Below, piece after piece: positions 38,701 through 53,700 of a stretch of 64,000 nt of DNA (position 1 is its first letter; every line of letters begins with the position of its first letter). This DNA comes from the human T2T-CHM13v2.0 reference genome, Homo sapiens. A program made the position numbers and the translations under genes. The notes under the pieces are model-generated. The model ran no database searches and had not been told where the DNA came from. It was given only the letters and a program-made list of their open reading frames with translations. The stretch is taken from the NCBI RefSeq assembly GCF_009914755.1, contig NC_060943.1. One strand, 5' to 3'.

Positions 38701-41700
38701 GAGTTTAACCTTTCTTTTCATAGAACAGTTAGGAAACACTCTGTTTGTAAAGTCTTCAGGTGGATATTCAGACCTCTTAGAGGCCTTCGTTGGAAACAGG
38801 ATTTCTTCATATTATGCTAGACAGAAGAATTCTCAGTAACTTCCTTGTGTTGTGTGCATTCAACTCACAGAGTTCAACGATCCTTTACACAGAGCTGATT
38901 AGAAACACTTTTTTTGTTGAATTTGCAAGTGGAGATTTCAGCCGCTTTGAGGTCAATGGTAGAAAAGGAAATATCTTCGTATAAAAACTAGACAGAATGA
39001 TTCTCAGAAACTCCTTTGTGATGTGTGCGTTCAACTCACAGAGTTTAACCTTTCTTTTCATAGAGTAGTTAGGAAACACTCTGTTTGTAAAGTCTGCACG
39101 TGGATATTCATACCTCTTTGAGGCCTTCGTTGGAAATGGGATTTCATCATATTATGCTAGACAGAAGAATTCTCAGTAACTTCCTTGTGTTGTGTGCATT
39201 CAACTCACAGAGTTGAACGATCCTTTACACAGAGTAGATTAGAAACACTCTTTTTGTGGAATTTGCAAGTGGAGATTTCAGCTACTTAGAGGTCAATGGT
39301 AGAAAACGAAATATCTTCGTATAAAAACTAGACAGAATGATTCTCAGAAACTCCTTTGTGATGTGTGCGTTCAACTCACAGAGTTTAACCTTTCTTTTCC
39401 TAGAGTAGTTAGGAAACACTCTGTTTTTAAAGTCTGCAAGTGGATATTCAGACCTCTTTGAGGCCTTCGTTGGAAACGGGATTTCTTCATATTATGCTAG
39501 ACAGAAGAATTCTCAGTAACTTCCTTGTGTTGTGTGCATTTAACTCACAGAGTTGGAAGATCCTTTACACAGAGCAGATTAGAAACACTCTTTTTGTGGA
39601 ATTTGCAAGTGGAGATTTCAGCCGCTTTGAGGTCAATGGTAGAAAAGGATATATCTTCCTATAAAAATTAGACAGAATGATTCTGAGAAACTCCTTTGTG
39701 ATGGGTGCTTTCAACTCACAGAGTTTAACCTTTCTTTTCATAGAGCAGTTAGGAAACACTCTGTTTGTAAAGTCTGCAAGTGGATATTCAGACCTCTTAG
39801 AGGCCTTCGTTGGAAACGGGATTTCTTCATATTATGCTAGACAGAAGAATTCTCAGTAACTTCCTTGTGTTGTGTGCATTCAACTCACAGAGTTGAACGA
39901 TCCTTTACACAGAGCAGATTAGAAACACTCTTTTTGTGGAATTTGCAAGTGGAGATTTCAGCCGCTTTGAGGTCAATAGTAGAAAAGGATATATCTTCCT
40001 ATAAAAATTAGACAGAATGATTCTCAGAAACTCCTTTGTGATGGGTGCTTTCAACTCACAGAGTTTAACCTTTCTTTTCATAGAGCAGTTAGGAAACACT
40101 CTGTTTGTAAAGTCTGCAAGTGGATATTCAGACCTCTTAGAGGCCTTCGTTGGAAACGGGATTTCTTCATATTATGCTAGACAGAAGAATTCTCAGTAAC
40201 TTCCTTGTGTTGTGTGCATTCAACTCACAGAGTTGAACGATCCTTTACACAGAGCAGATTAGAAACACTCTTTTTGTGGAATTTGCAAGTGGAGATTTCA
40301 GCCACTTTGAGGTCAATGGTAGAAAAGGAAATATCTTCGTATAAAAACTAGACAGAATGATTCTCAGAAACTCCTTTTTGATGTGTGCGTTCAACTCACA
40401 GAGTTTAACCTTTCTTTTAATAGAGCAATTAGGAAACACTCTGTTTCTAAAGTCTGCAAGTGGATATTCAGACCTCTTAGCGGCCTTCGTTGGAAACGGG
40501 ATTTCTTCATATTTTGCTAGACAGAAGAATTCTCAGTAACTTCCTTGTGTTGTGTGCATTCAACTCACAGAGTTGAACGATCCTTTACACAGAGCAGATT
40601 GGAAACACTCTTTTTGTGGAATTGCAAGAGGAGATTTCAGCTGCTTTGAGGTCAATGGTAGAAAAGGAAATATCTTCGTATAAAAACTAGACAGAAAGAT
40701 TCTCAGAAACTGCTTTGTGATGTGTGCGTTCAACTCCCAGAGTTAAACCTTTCTTTTCATAGAGCAGTTAGGAAACACTCTGTTTGTAAAGTCTGCAAGT
40801 GGATATTCAGACCTCTTAGAGACCTTCGTTGGAAACGGGATTTCTTCATACTCTAGACAGAAGAATTCTCAGTAACTTCCTTGTGTTGTTTGCTTTCAAC
40901 TCACAGAGTTGAACGATCCTTTACACAGAGCAGATTAGAAACACTCTTTTTGTGGAATTTGCAAGTGGAGATTTCAGCCGCTTTGAGGTCAATGGTAGAA
41001 AAGGAAATATCTTCGTATAAAAACTAGACAGAATGATTCTCAGAAACTCCTTTGTGATGTGTGCTTTCAACTCACAGAGTTTAACCTTTCTTTTCATAGA
41101 GTAGTTAGGAAACACTCTGTTTGTGAAGTCTGCCAGTGGATATTCAGACCTCTTGAGGCCTTCGTTGGAAACGGGATTTCTTCATATTATGCTAGACAGA
41201 AGAATTCTCAGCAACTTCCTTGTGTTGTGTGCATTCAGCTCGCAGAGTTGAAAGATCCTTTACACAGAGCAGATTAGAAACAATATTTTTGTGGATTTTG
41301 CAAGTGGAGATTTCAGCCGCTTTGAGGTCAATGGTAGAAAAGGAAATATCTTCGTATAAAAACTAGACAGAATGATTCTCAGAAACTCCTTTGTGATGTG
41401 TGCGTTCAACTCACAGAGTTTAACCTTTCTTTTCATAGAGTAGTTAGGAAACACTCTGTTTGTGAAGTCTGCCAGTGGATATTCAGACCTCTTTGAGGCC
41501 TTCGTTGGAAACGGGGTTTCTTCATATTATGCTAGACAGAAGAATTCTCAGTAACTTCCTTGTGTTGTGTGCATTCAACTCACAGAGTTGAATGATCCTT
41601 TACACAGAGCAGATTAGAAACACTCTTTTTGTGGAATTTGCAAGTGGAGATTTCAGCCGCTTTGAGGTCAACGGTAGAAAAGGAAATATCTTCGTATAGA

Positions 41701-41727
41701 AATTAGACAGAATGATTCTCAGAAACT
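27813..41727 (+). repeat. Tandem duplication: copy 1 ~27813-34260, copy 2 ~34261-41727
   Basis: Shared private variants in the same order. ORF-track offsets are 6448 (28364/34812, 29724/36172), 6108 (30743/36851, 31736/37844), 7128 (32437/39565) and 7468 (32777/40245, 33453/40921). Confidence 0.9.
30930..31700 (+). repeat. Non-dimer monomers resembling the rest of the chr1/5/19-type 6-mer HOR (second copy at ~37040-37810)
   Basis: CACTCTGTAAAGTCTG (4-bp deletion), GACCACTTAGAGG, CATGTAAGGCTAGACAGAAGAATTCCCAG and CGTTTCAAAACTAGACAGAATCATTCCCACAAACTGCGTTGTGATGTGTTCG. Confidence 0.65.
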
Positions 41728-44700
41728 CCTTTGTGATGTGTGCGTTCAACTCACAGAGTTTAACCTTTCTTTTCATAGAGCAGTTAGGAAAAACTCTGTT
41801 TGTAAAGTCTGCAAGTGGATATTCAGACCTCTTTGAGGCCTTCGTTGGAAACGGGATTTCTTCATATTATGCTAGACAGAAGAATTCTCAGTAACTTTCT
41901 TGTGTTGTGTGCATTCAACTCACAGAGTTGAATGATCCTTTACACAGAGCAGATTAGAAACACTCTTTTTGTGGAATTTGCAAGTGGAGATTTCAGCCGT
42001 TTTGAGGTCAATGGTAGAAAAGGAAATATCTTCGTATAAAAACTAGACAGAATGATGCTCAGAAACTCCTTTGTGATGTGTGCGTTCAACTCACAGAGTT
42101 TAACCTTTCTTTTCATAGAGCAGTTAGGAAACACTCTGTTTGTAAAGTCTGCAACTGGATATTCAGACCTCTTAGAGGCCTTCGTTGGAAACGGGATTTC
42201 TTCATACTCTAGACAGAAGAATTCTCAGTAACTTCCTTGTGTTGTGTGCTTTCAACTCACAGAGTTGAACGATCCTTTACACAGAGCAGATTAGAAACAC
42301 TCTTTTTGTGGAATTTGCAAGTGGAGATTTCAGCCGCTTTGAGGTCAATGGTAGAAAAGGAAATATCTTCGTATAGAAACTAGACAGAATGATTCTCAGA
42401 AACTCCTTTCTGATGTGTGCGTTCAACTCAAAGAGTTTAACCTTTTTTTCGTAGAGCAGCTAGGAAACACTCTGTTTGTAAAGTCTGCAAGTGGATATTC
42501 AGACCTCTTTGAGGCCTACGTTGGAAACGGGATTTCTTCATATTATGATAGACAGAAGAATTCTCAGTAACTTCCTTGTGTTGTGTGCATTCATCTCACA
42601 GAGTTGAACGATCCTTTACACAGAGCAGATTAGAAACACTCTTTTTGTGGAATTTGCAAGTGGAGATTTCAGCCGCTTTGAGGTCAATGGTAGAAAAGGA
42701 AATATCTTCGTATAAAAACTAGACAGAATGATTCTCAGAAACTCCTTTGTGATGTGTGCGTTCAACTCACAGAGTTTAACCTTTCTTTTCATAGTGTAGT
42801 TAGGAAACACTCTGTTTGTAAAGTCTGCAAGTGGATATTCAGACCTCTTTGAGGCCTTCGTTGAAAACGGGATTTCTTCATATTATGCTAGACAGAAGAA
42901 TTCTCAGTAACTTCCTTGTGTTGTGTGCTTTCAACTCACGGAGTTGAACGATCCTTTACACAGAGCAGATTAGAAACACTCTTTTTGTGGAATTTGCAAG
43001 TGGAGATTTCAGACACTTTGTGGTCAATGATAGAAAAGGAAATATCTTCGTATAAAAACTAGACAGAATGATTCTCAGAAACTCCTTTGTGATGTGTGCG
43101 TTCAACTCACAGAGTTTAACCTTTCTTTTCATAGAGTAGTTAGGAAACACTCTGTTTGTGAAGTCTGCCAGTGGATATTCAGACCTCTTTGAGGCCTTCG
43201 TTGGAAACGGGGTTTCTTCATATTATGCTAGACAGAAGAATTCTCAATAACTTCCTTGTGTTGTGTGCTTTCAACTCACAGAGTTGAACGATCCTTTACA
43301 CAGAGCAGATTAGAAACACTCTTTTTGTGGAATTTGCAAGTGGAGATTTCAGCCGCTTTGAGGTCAATGGTAGAAAAGGAAATATCTTCGTATAAAAACT
43401 AGACAGAATGATTCTCAGAAACTCCTTTGTGATGTGTGCGTTCAACTCAAAGAGTTTAACCTTTCTTTTCATAGAGCAGTTAGAAAACACTCTGTTTGTG
43501 AAGTCTGCCAGTGGATATTCAGACCTCTTTGAGGCCTTCGTTGGAAACGGGGTTTCTTCATATTATGCTAGACAGAAGAATTCTCAATAACTTCCTTGTG
43601 TTGTGTGCATTCAACTCACAGAGTTGAATGATCCTTTACACAGAGCAGATTAGAAACACTCTTTTTGTGGAATTTGCAAGTGAAGATTTCAGCCGCTTTG
43701 AGGTCAACGGTAGAAAAGGAAATATCTTCGTATAAAAACTAGACAGAATGATTCTCAGAAACTCCTTTGTGATGTGTGCGTTCAACTCACAGAGTTTAAC
43801 CTTTCTTTTCATAGAGTAGTTAGGAAACACTCTCTTTGTAAAGTCTGCAAGTGGATATTCCGACCTCTTTGAGGCCTTCGTTGGAAACGGGATTTCTTCA
43901 TATTATGCTAGACAGAAGAATTCTCAGTAACTTCCTTGTGTTGTGTGCATTCAAATCACAGAGTTGAAAGATACTTTACACAGAGCAGATTAGAAACACT
44001 CTTTTTGTGGAACTTGCAATTGGATATTTCAGCCGCTTTGAGGTCAATAGTAGAAAAGGAAATATCTTCGTATAAAAACTAGACAGAATGATTCTCAGAA
44101 ACTCCTTTGTGATGTGTGCGTTCAACTCACAGAGTTTAACCTTCCTTTTCATAGAGTAGTTAGGAAACACTCTGTTTGTAAAGTCTGCAAGTGGATATTC
44201 CGACCTCTTAGAGGTCTTCGTTGGAAACGGGATTTCTTCATACTCTAGACAGAACAATTCTCAGTAACTTCCTTTTGTTGTGTGCTTTCAACTCACAGAG
44301 TTGAACGATCCTTTACACAGAGCAGATTAGAAACACTCTTTTTGTGGAATTTGCAAGTGGAGATTTCAGCCGCTTTGAGGTCAATGGTAGAAAAGGAAAT
44401 ATCTTCGTATAAAAACTAGACAGAATGATTCTCAGAAACTCCTTTGTGATGTGTGTGTTCAACTCACAGAGTTTAACCTTTCTTTTCATAGAGTAGTTAG
44501 GAAACACTCTGTTTGTAAAGTCTGCAATTGGATATTCAGACCTCTTAGAGGCCTTCGTTGGAAACGGGATTTCTTCATATTATGCTAGACAGAAGAATTC
44601 TCAGTAACTTCCTTGTGTTGTGTGCATTCATCTCACAGAGTTGAAAGATCCTTTACACAGAGCAGATTAGAAACAATATTTTTGTGGATTTTGCAAGTGG

Positions 44701-47700
44701 AGATTTCAGCCACTTTGAGGTCAATGGTAGAAAAGGAAATATCTTCGTATAAAAACTAGACAGAATGATTCTCAGAAACTCCTTTGTGATGTGTGCGTTC
44801 AACTCACAAAGTTTAACCTTTCTTTTCATAGAGCAATTAGGAAACACTCTGTTTTTAAAGTCTGCAAGTGGATATTCAGACCTCTTAGCGGCCTTCGTTG
44901 GAAACGGGATTTCTTCATATTATGCTAGACAAAAGAATTCTCAGTAACTTCCTTGTGTTGTGTGCATTCAACTCACAGAGTTGAACGATCCTTTACACAG
45001 AGCAGATTGGAAACACTCTTTTTGTGGAATTGCAAGAGGAGATTTCAGCCGCTTTGAGGTCAATGGTAGAAAAGGAAATATCTTCGTATAAAAACTAGAC
45101 AGAATGATTCTCAGAAACTTCTTTGTGATGTGTGCGTTCAACTCACAGAGTTTAACCTTTCTTTTCATAGAGCAGTTAGGAAACACTCTGTTTGTAAAGT
45201 CTGCAAGTGGATATTCAGACCTCTTAGAGTCCTTCGTTGGAAACGGTATTTCTTCATACTCTAGACAGAAGAATTCTCAGTAACTTCCTTGTGTTGTGTG
45301 CTTTCAACTCACAGAGTTGAACGATCCTTTACACAGAGCAGATTAGAAACACTCTTTTTGTGGAATTTGCAAGTGGAGATTTCAGCCGCTTTGAGGTCAA
45401 TGGTAGAAAAGGAAATATCTTCGTATAGAAACTAGACAGAATGATTCTCAGAAACTCCTTTGTGATGTGTGCGTTCAACTCAAAGAGTTTAACCTTTCTT
45501 TTCGTAGAGCAGTTAGGAAACACTCTGTTTGTAAAGTCTGCAAGTGGATATTCAGACCTCTTTGAGGCCTACGTTGGAAACGGGATTTCTTCATATTATG
45601 ATAGACAGAAGAATTCTCAGTAACTTCCTTGTGTTGTGTGCTTTCAACTCACAGAGTTGAACGATCCTTTACACAGAGCAGATTAGAAACACTCTTTTTG
45701 TGGAATTTGCAAGTGGAGATTTCAGCCGCTTTGAGGTCAATGGTAGAAAAGGAAATATCTTCGTATAAAAACTAGACAGAATGATTCTCAGAAACTCCTT
45801 TGTGATGTGTGCGTTCAACTCACAGAGTTTAACCTTTCTTTTCATAGAGTAGTTAGGAAACACTCTGTTTGTGAAGTCTGCCAGTGGATATTCAGACCTC
45901 TTTGAGGCCTTCGTTGGAAATGGGGTTTCTTCATATTATGCTAGACAGAAGAATTCTCAATAACTTCCTTGTGTTGTGTGCATTCAACTCACAGAGTTGA
46001 ATGATCCTTTACACAGAGCAGATTAGAAACACTCTTTTTGTGGAATTTGCAAGTGGAGATTTCAGCCGCTTTGAGGTCAATGGTAGAAAAGGAAATATCT
46101 TCGTATAAAAACTAGACAGAATGATTCTCAGAAACTCCTTTGTGATGTGTGCGTTCAACTCACAGAGTTTAACCTTTCTTTTCATAGAGCAGTTAGGAAA
46201 CACTCTGTTTGAAAAGTCTGCAAGTGGATATTCAGACCTCTTAGAGGCCTTCGTTGGAAACGGGATTTCTTCATATTATGCTAGACAGAAGAATTCTCAG
46301 TAACTTCCTTGTGTTGTGTGCATTCAACTCACAGAGTTGAACGATCGTTTACACAGAGCAGATTAGAAACACCCTTTTTGTGGAATTTGCAAGTGGAGAT
46401 TTCATCCGCTTTGACGTCAATGGTAGAAAAGGAAATATCTTCGTATAGAAACTAGACAGAATGATTCTCAGAAACTCCTTTGTGATGTGTGCGTTCAACT
46501 CACGGAGTTTAACCTTTCTTTTCATAGAGCAGTTAGGAAACACTCTGTAAAGTCTGCAAGTAGATATTCAGACCTCTCTGAGGCCTTCGTTGGAAACGGG
46601 ATTTCTTCATATTATGCTAGACAGAAGAATTCTCAGTAACTTCCTTGTGTTGTGTGCATTCAACTCACAGAGTTGAAAGATCCTTTACACAGAGCAGATT
46701 AGAAACAGTATTTTTGTGGATTTTGCAAGCGGAGATTTCAGCCACTTTGAGGTCAATGGTAGAAAAGGAAATATCTTCATAAAAAAACTAGACAGAATGA
46801 TTCTCAGAAACTCCTTTGTGATGTGTGCGTTCAACTCACAGAGTTTAACCTTTCTTTTCATAGAGTAGTTAGGAAACACTCTGTTTGTAATGTCTGCCAG
46901 TGGATATTCAGACCTCTTTGAGGCCATCGTTGGAAACGGGATTTCTTCATATTATGCTAGACAGAAGAATTCTCAGTAACTTCCTTGTGTTCTGTGCATT
47001 CAACTCACAGAGTTGAATGATCCTTTACACAGAGCAGATTAGAAACACTCTTTTTGTGGAATTTCCAAGTGGAGATTTCAGCCGCTTTGAGGTCAATGGT
47101 AGAAAAGGAAATATCTTCATAAAAAAACTAGACAGAATGATTCTCAGAAACTCCTTTGTGATGTGTGCGTTCAACTCACAGAGTTTAACCTTTCTTTTCA
47201 TAGAGTAGTTAGGAAACACTCTGTTTGTAATGTCTGCCAGTGGATATTCAGACCTCTTTGAGGCCATCGTTGGAAACGGGATTTCTTCATATTATGCTAG
47301 ACAGAAGAATTCTCAGTAACTTCCTTGTGTTGTGTGCATTCAACTCACAGAGTTGAATGATCCTTTACACAGAGCAGATTAGAAACACTCTTTTTGTGGA
47401 ATTTCCAAGTGGAGATTTCAGCCGCTTTGAGGTCAATGGTAGAAAAGGAAATATCTTAGTATAGAAACTAGATAGAATGATTCTCAGAAACTCCTTTTTG
47501 ATGTGTGCGTTCAACTCACAGAGTTTAACCTTTCTTTTAATAGAGCAATTAGGAAACACTCTGTTTCTAAAGTCTGCAAGTGGATATTCAGACCTCTTAG
47601 CGGGCTTCGTTGGAAACGGGATTTCTTCATATTTTGCTAGACAAAAGAATTCTCAGTAACTTCCTTGTGTTGTGTGCATTCAACTCACAGAGTTGAACGA

Positions 47701-50700
47701 TCCTTTACACAGAGCAGATTGGAAACACTCTTTTTGTGGAATTGCAAGAGGAGATTTCAGCTGCTTTGAGGTCAATGGTAGAAAAGGAAATATCTTCGTA
47801 TGAAAACTAGACAGAATGATTCTCAGAAACTCCTTTGTGATGTGTGCGTTCAACTCACAGAGTTTAACCTTTCTTTTCATAGAGCAGTTAGGAAACACTC
47901 TGTTTGTAAAGTCTGCAAGTGGATATTCAGACCTCTTAGAGGCCTTCGTTAGAAACGGGATTTCTTCATACTCTAGACAGAAGAATTCTCAGTAGCTTCC
48001 TTGTGTTGTGTACTTTCAACTCACAGAGTTGAACGATCCTTTACACAGAGCAGATTAGAAACACTCTTTTTGTGGAATTTGCAAGTGGAGATTTCAGCCG
48101 CTTTGAGGTCAATGGTAGAAAAGGAAATATCTTCATAAAAAAACTAGACAGAATGATTCTCAGAAACTCCTTTGTGATGTGTGCGTTCAACTAACAGAGT
48201 TTAACCTTTCTCTTCATAGAGTAGTTAGGAAACACTCTGTTTGTAATGTCTGCCAATGGATATTCAGACCTCTTTGAGGCCTTCGTTGGAAACGGGATTT
48301 CTTCATATTATGCTAGACAGAAGAATTCTCAGTAACTTCCTTGTGTTGTGTGCTTTCAACTCACAGAGTTGAACGATCCTTTACACAGAGCAGATTAGAA
48401 ACACTCTTTTTGTGGAATTTGCAAGTGGAGATTTCAGCCGCTTTGAGGTCAATGGTAGAAAAGGAAATATCTTCGTATAAAAACTAGACAGAATGATTCT
48501 CAGAAACTCCTTTGTGATGTGTGCGTTCAACTCACAGAGTTTAACCTTTCTTTTCATAGAGTAGTTAGGAAACACTCTGTTTGTGAAGTCTGCCAGTGGA
48601 TATTCAGACCTCTTTGAGGCCTTCGTTGGAAATGGGGTTTCTTCATATTATGCTAGACAGAACAATTCTCAATAACTTCCTTGTGTTGTGTGCATTCAAC
48701 TCACAGAGTTGAATGATCCTTTACACAGAGCAGATTAGAAACACTCTTTTTGTGGAATTTGCAAGTGGAGATTTCAGCCGCTTTGAGGTCAATGGTAGAA
48801 AAGGAAATATCTTCGTATAAAAACTAGACAGAATGATTCTCAGAAACTCCTTTGTGATGTGTGCGTTCAACTCACAGAGTTTAACCTTTCTTTTCATAGA
48901 GCAGTTAGGAAACACTCTGTTTGTAAAGTCTGCAAGTGGATATTCAGACCTCTTAGAGGCCTTCGTTGGAAACGGGATTTCTTCATACTCTAGACAGAAG
49001 AATTCTCAGTAACTTCCTTGTGTTGTGTGCTTTCAACTCACAGAGTTCAACGATCCTTTACACAGAGCAGATTAGAAACACTCTTTTTGTGGAATTTGCA
49101 AGTGGAGATTTCAGCCACTTTGAGGTCAATGGTAGAAAAGGAAATATCTTCGTATAAAAACTAGACAGAATGATTCTCAGAAACTCCTTTGTGATGTGTG
49201 CGTTCAACTCACAGAGTTTAACCTTTCTTTTCATAGAGTAGTTAGGAAACACTCTGTTTGTAAAGTCTCCAAGTGGATATTCAGACCTCTTTGAGGCCTT
49301 CGTTGGAAACGGGATTTCTTCATACTCTAGACAGAAGAATTCTCAGTAACTTCCTTGTGTTGTGTACTTTCAACTCACAGAGTTGAACGATCCTTTACAC
49401 AGAGCAGATTAGAAACACTCTTTTTGTGGAATTTGCAGGTGGAGATTTCAGCCGCTTTGAGGTCAATGGTAGAAAAGGAAATATGGTCGTATAAAAACTA
49501 GACAGAATGATTCTCAGAAACTCCTTTGTGATGTGTGCTTTCAACTCACAGAGTTTATCCTTTCTTTTCATAGAGTAGTTAGGAAACACTCTGTTTGTGA
49601 AGTCTGCCAGTGGATATTCAGACCTCTTTGAGGCCTTCCTTGGAAACGGGATTTCTTCATATTATGCTAGACAGAAGAATTCTCAGCAACTTCCTTGTGT
49701 TGTGTGCATTCAGCTCGCAGAGTTGAAAGATCCTTTACACAGAGCAGATTAGAAACAATATTTTTGTGGATTTTGCAAGTGGAGATTTCAGCCGCTTTGA
49801 GGTCAATGGTAGAAAAGGAAATATCTTCGTATAAAAACTAGACAGAATGATTCTCAGAAACTCCTTTGTGATGTGTGCGTTCAACTCACAGAGTTTAACC
49901 TTTCTTTTCATAGAGTAGTTAGGAAACACTCTGTTTGTGAAGTCTGCCAGTGGATATTCAGACCTCTTTGAGGCCTTCGTTGGAAACGGGGTTTCTTCAT
50001 ATTATGCTAGACAGAAGAATTCTCAGTAACTTCCTTGTGTTGTGTGCATTCAACTCACAGAGTTGAAAGATCCTTTACACAGAGCAGGTTAGAAACAATA
50101 TTTTTGTGGATTTTGCAAGTGGAGATTTCAGCCACTTTGAGGTCAATGGTAGAAAAGGAAATATCTTCATAAAAAAACTACACAGAATGATTCTCAGAAA
50201 CTCCTTTGTGATGTGTGCGTTCAACTCACAGAGTTTAACCTTTCTTTTCATAGAGTAGTTAGGAAACACTCTGTTTGTAAAGTCTGCCAGTGGATATTCA
50301 GACCTCTTTGAGGCCATCGTTGGAAACGGGATTTCTTCATATTATGCTAGACAGAAGAATTCTCAGTAACTTCCTTGTGTTGTGTGCATTCAACTCACAG
50401 AGTTGAATGATCCTTTACACAGAGCAGATTAGAAACACACTTTTTGTGGAATTTGCAAGTGGAGATTTCAGCCGCTTTGAGGTCAATGGTAGAAAAGGAA
50501 ATATCTTCGTATAAAAACTAGACAGAATGATTCTCAAAAACTCCTTTGTGATGTGTGCGTTCAACTCACAGAGTTTAACCTTTCTTTTCATAGAGCAGTT
50601 AGGAAACACTCTGTTTGTAAAGTCTGCAAGTGGATATTCAGACCTCTTAGAGGCCTTCGTTGGAAACGGGATTTCTTCATACTCTAGACAGAAGAATTCT

Positions 50701-53700
50701 CAGTAACTTCCTTGTGTTGTGTACTTTCAACTCACAGAGTTGAACGATCCTTTACACAGAGCAGATTAGAAACACTCTTTTTGTGGAATTTGCAAGTGGA
50801 GATTTCAGCCGCTTTGAGGTCAATGGTAGAAAAGGAATTATGTTCGTATAAAAACTAGACAGAATGATTCTCAGAAACTCCTTTGTGATGTGTGCTTTCA
50901 ACTCACAGAGTTTAACCTTTCTTTTCATAGAGTAGTTAGGAAACACTCTGTTTGTGAAGTCTGCCAGTGGATATTCAGACCTCTTTGAGGCCTTCGTTGG
51001 AAACGGGGTTTCTTCATATTATGCTAGACAGAAGAATTCTCAGTAACTTCCTTGTGTTGTGTGCATTCAACTCACAGAGTTGAAAGATCCTTTACACAGA
51101 GCAGGTTAGAAACAATATTTTTGTGGATTTTGCAAGTGGAGATTTCAGCCACTTTGAGGTCAATGGTAGAAAAGGAAATATCTTCATAAAAAAAACTACA
51201 CAGAATGATTCTCAGAAACTCCTTTGTGATGTGTGCGTTCAACTCACAGAGTTTAACCTTTCTTTTCATAGAGTAGTTAGGAAACACTCTGTTTGTAAAG
51301 TCTGCCAGTGGATATTCAGACCTCTTTGAGGCCATCGTTGGAAACGGGATTTCTTCATATTATGCTAGACAGAAGAATTCTCAGTAACTTCCTTGTGTTG
51401 TGTGCATTCAACTCACAGAGTTGAATGATCCTTTACACAGAGCAGATTAGAAACACACTTTTTGTGGAATTTGCAAGTGGAGATTTCAGCCGCTTTGAGG
51501 TCAATGGTAGAAAAGGAAATATCTTCGTATAAAAACTAGAAAGAATGATTCTCAGAAACTCCTTTGTGATGTGTGCGTTCAACTCACAGAGTTTAACCTT
51601 TCTTTTCATTGAGCAGTTAGGAAACACTCTGTTTGTAAAGTCTGCAAGTGGATATTCAGACCTCTTTGAGGCCTTCGTTGGAAAGGGGATTTCTTCATAT
51701 TATGCTAGACAGAAGAATTCTCAGAAACTTCCTTGTGTTGTGTGCATTCAACTCACAGAGTTGAACGATCCTTTACACAGAGCAGATTAGAAACACTCTT
51801 TTTGTGGAATTTGCAAGTGGAGATTTCAGCCGCTTTGAGGTCAATGGTAGAAAAGGAAATATCTTCGTATAAAAACTACACAGAATGATTCTCAGAAACT
51901 CCTTTGTGATGTGTGCGTTCAACTCACAGAGTTTAACCTTTCTTTTCCTAGAGCAGTTAGGAAACACTCTGTTTGTAAAGTCTGCAAGTAGATATTCAGA
52001 CCTCTCTGTGTCCTTCGTTGGAAACGGGATTTCTTAATATTATGCTAGACAGAAGAATTCTCAGTAACTTCCTTGTGTTGTGTGCATTCAACTCACAGAG
52101 TTGAATGATCCTTTACACAGAGCAGATTAGAAACACACTTTTTGTGGAATTTGCAAGTGGAGATTTCAGCCGCTTTGAGGTCAATGGTAGAAAAGGAAAT
52201 ATCTTCGTATAAAAACTAGACAGAATGATTCTCAGAAACTCCTTTGTGATGTGTGCGTTCAACTCACAGAGTTTAACCTTTCTTTTAATAGAGCAGTTAG
52301 GAAACACTCTGTTTGTAAAGTCTGCAAGTGGATATTCAGACCTCTTAGAGGCCTTCGTTGGAAACGGGATTTCTTCATACTCTAGACAGAAGAATTCTCA
52401 GTAACTTCCTTGTGTTGTGTACTTTCAACTCACAGAGTTGAACGATCCTTTACACAGAGCAGATTAGAAACACTCTTTTTGTGGAATTTGCAAGTGGAGA
52501 TTTCAGCCGCTTTGAGGTCAATGGTAGAAAAGGAATTATGTTCGTATAAAAACTAGACAGAATGATTCTCAGAAACTCCTTTGTGATGTGTGCTTTCAAC
52601 TCACAGAGTTTAACCTTTCTTTTCATAGAGTAGTTAGGAAACACTCTGTTTGTGAAGTCTGCCAGTGGATATTCAGACCTCTTTGAGGCCTTCCTTGGAA
52701 ACGGGATTTCTTCATATTATGCTAGACAGAAGAATTCTCAGCAACTTCCTTGTGTTGTGTGCATTCAGCTCGCAGAGTTGAAAGATCCTTTACACAGAGC
52801 AGATTAGAAACAATATTTTTGTGGAATTTGCAAGTGGAGATTTCAGCCGCTTTGAGGTCAATGGTAGAAAAGGAAATATCTTCGTATAAAAACTAGACAG
52901 AATGATTCTCAGAAACTCCTTTGTGATGTGTGCGTTCAACTCACAGAGTTTAACCTTTCTTTTCATAGAGTAGTTAGGAAACACTCTGTTTGTGAAGTCT
53001 GCCAGTGGATATTCAGACCTCTTTGAGGCCTTCGTTGGAAACGGGGTTTCTTCATATTATGCTAGACAGAAGAATTCTCAATAACTTCCTTGTGTTGTGT
53101 GCATTCAACTCACAGAGTTGAATGATCCTTTACACAGAGCAGATTAGAAACACTCTTTTTGTGGAATTTGCAAGTGGAGATTTCAGCCGCTTTGAGGTCA
53201 ATGGTAGAAAAGGAAATATCTTCGTATAAAAACTAGACAGAATGATTCTCAGAAACTCCTTTGTGATGTGTGCGTTCAACTCACAAAGTTTAACCTTTCT
53301 TTTCATAGAGCAATTAGGAAACACTCTGTTTTTAAAGTCTGCAAGTGGATATTCAGACCTCTTAGCGGCCTTCGTTGGAAACGGGATTTCTTCATATTAT
53401 GCTAGACAAAAGAATTCTCAGTAACTTCCTTGTGTTGTGTGCATTCAACTCACAGAGTTGAACGATCCTTTACACAGAGCAGATTGGAAACACTCTTTTT
53501 GTGGAATTGCAAGAGGAGATTTCAGCCGCTTTGAGGTCAATGGTAGAAAAGGAAATATCTTCGTATAAAAACTAGACAGAATGATTCTCAGAAACTCCTT
53601 TGTGATGTGTGCGTTCAACTCACAGAGTTTAACCTTTCTTTTCATAGAGCAGTTAGGAAACACTCTGTTTGTAAAGTCTGCAAGTGGATATTCAGACCTC

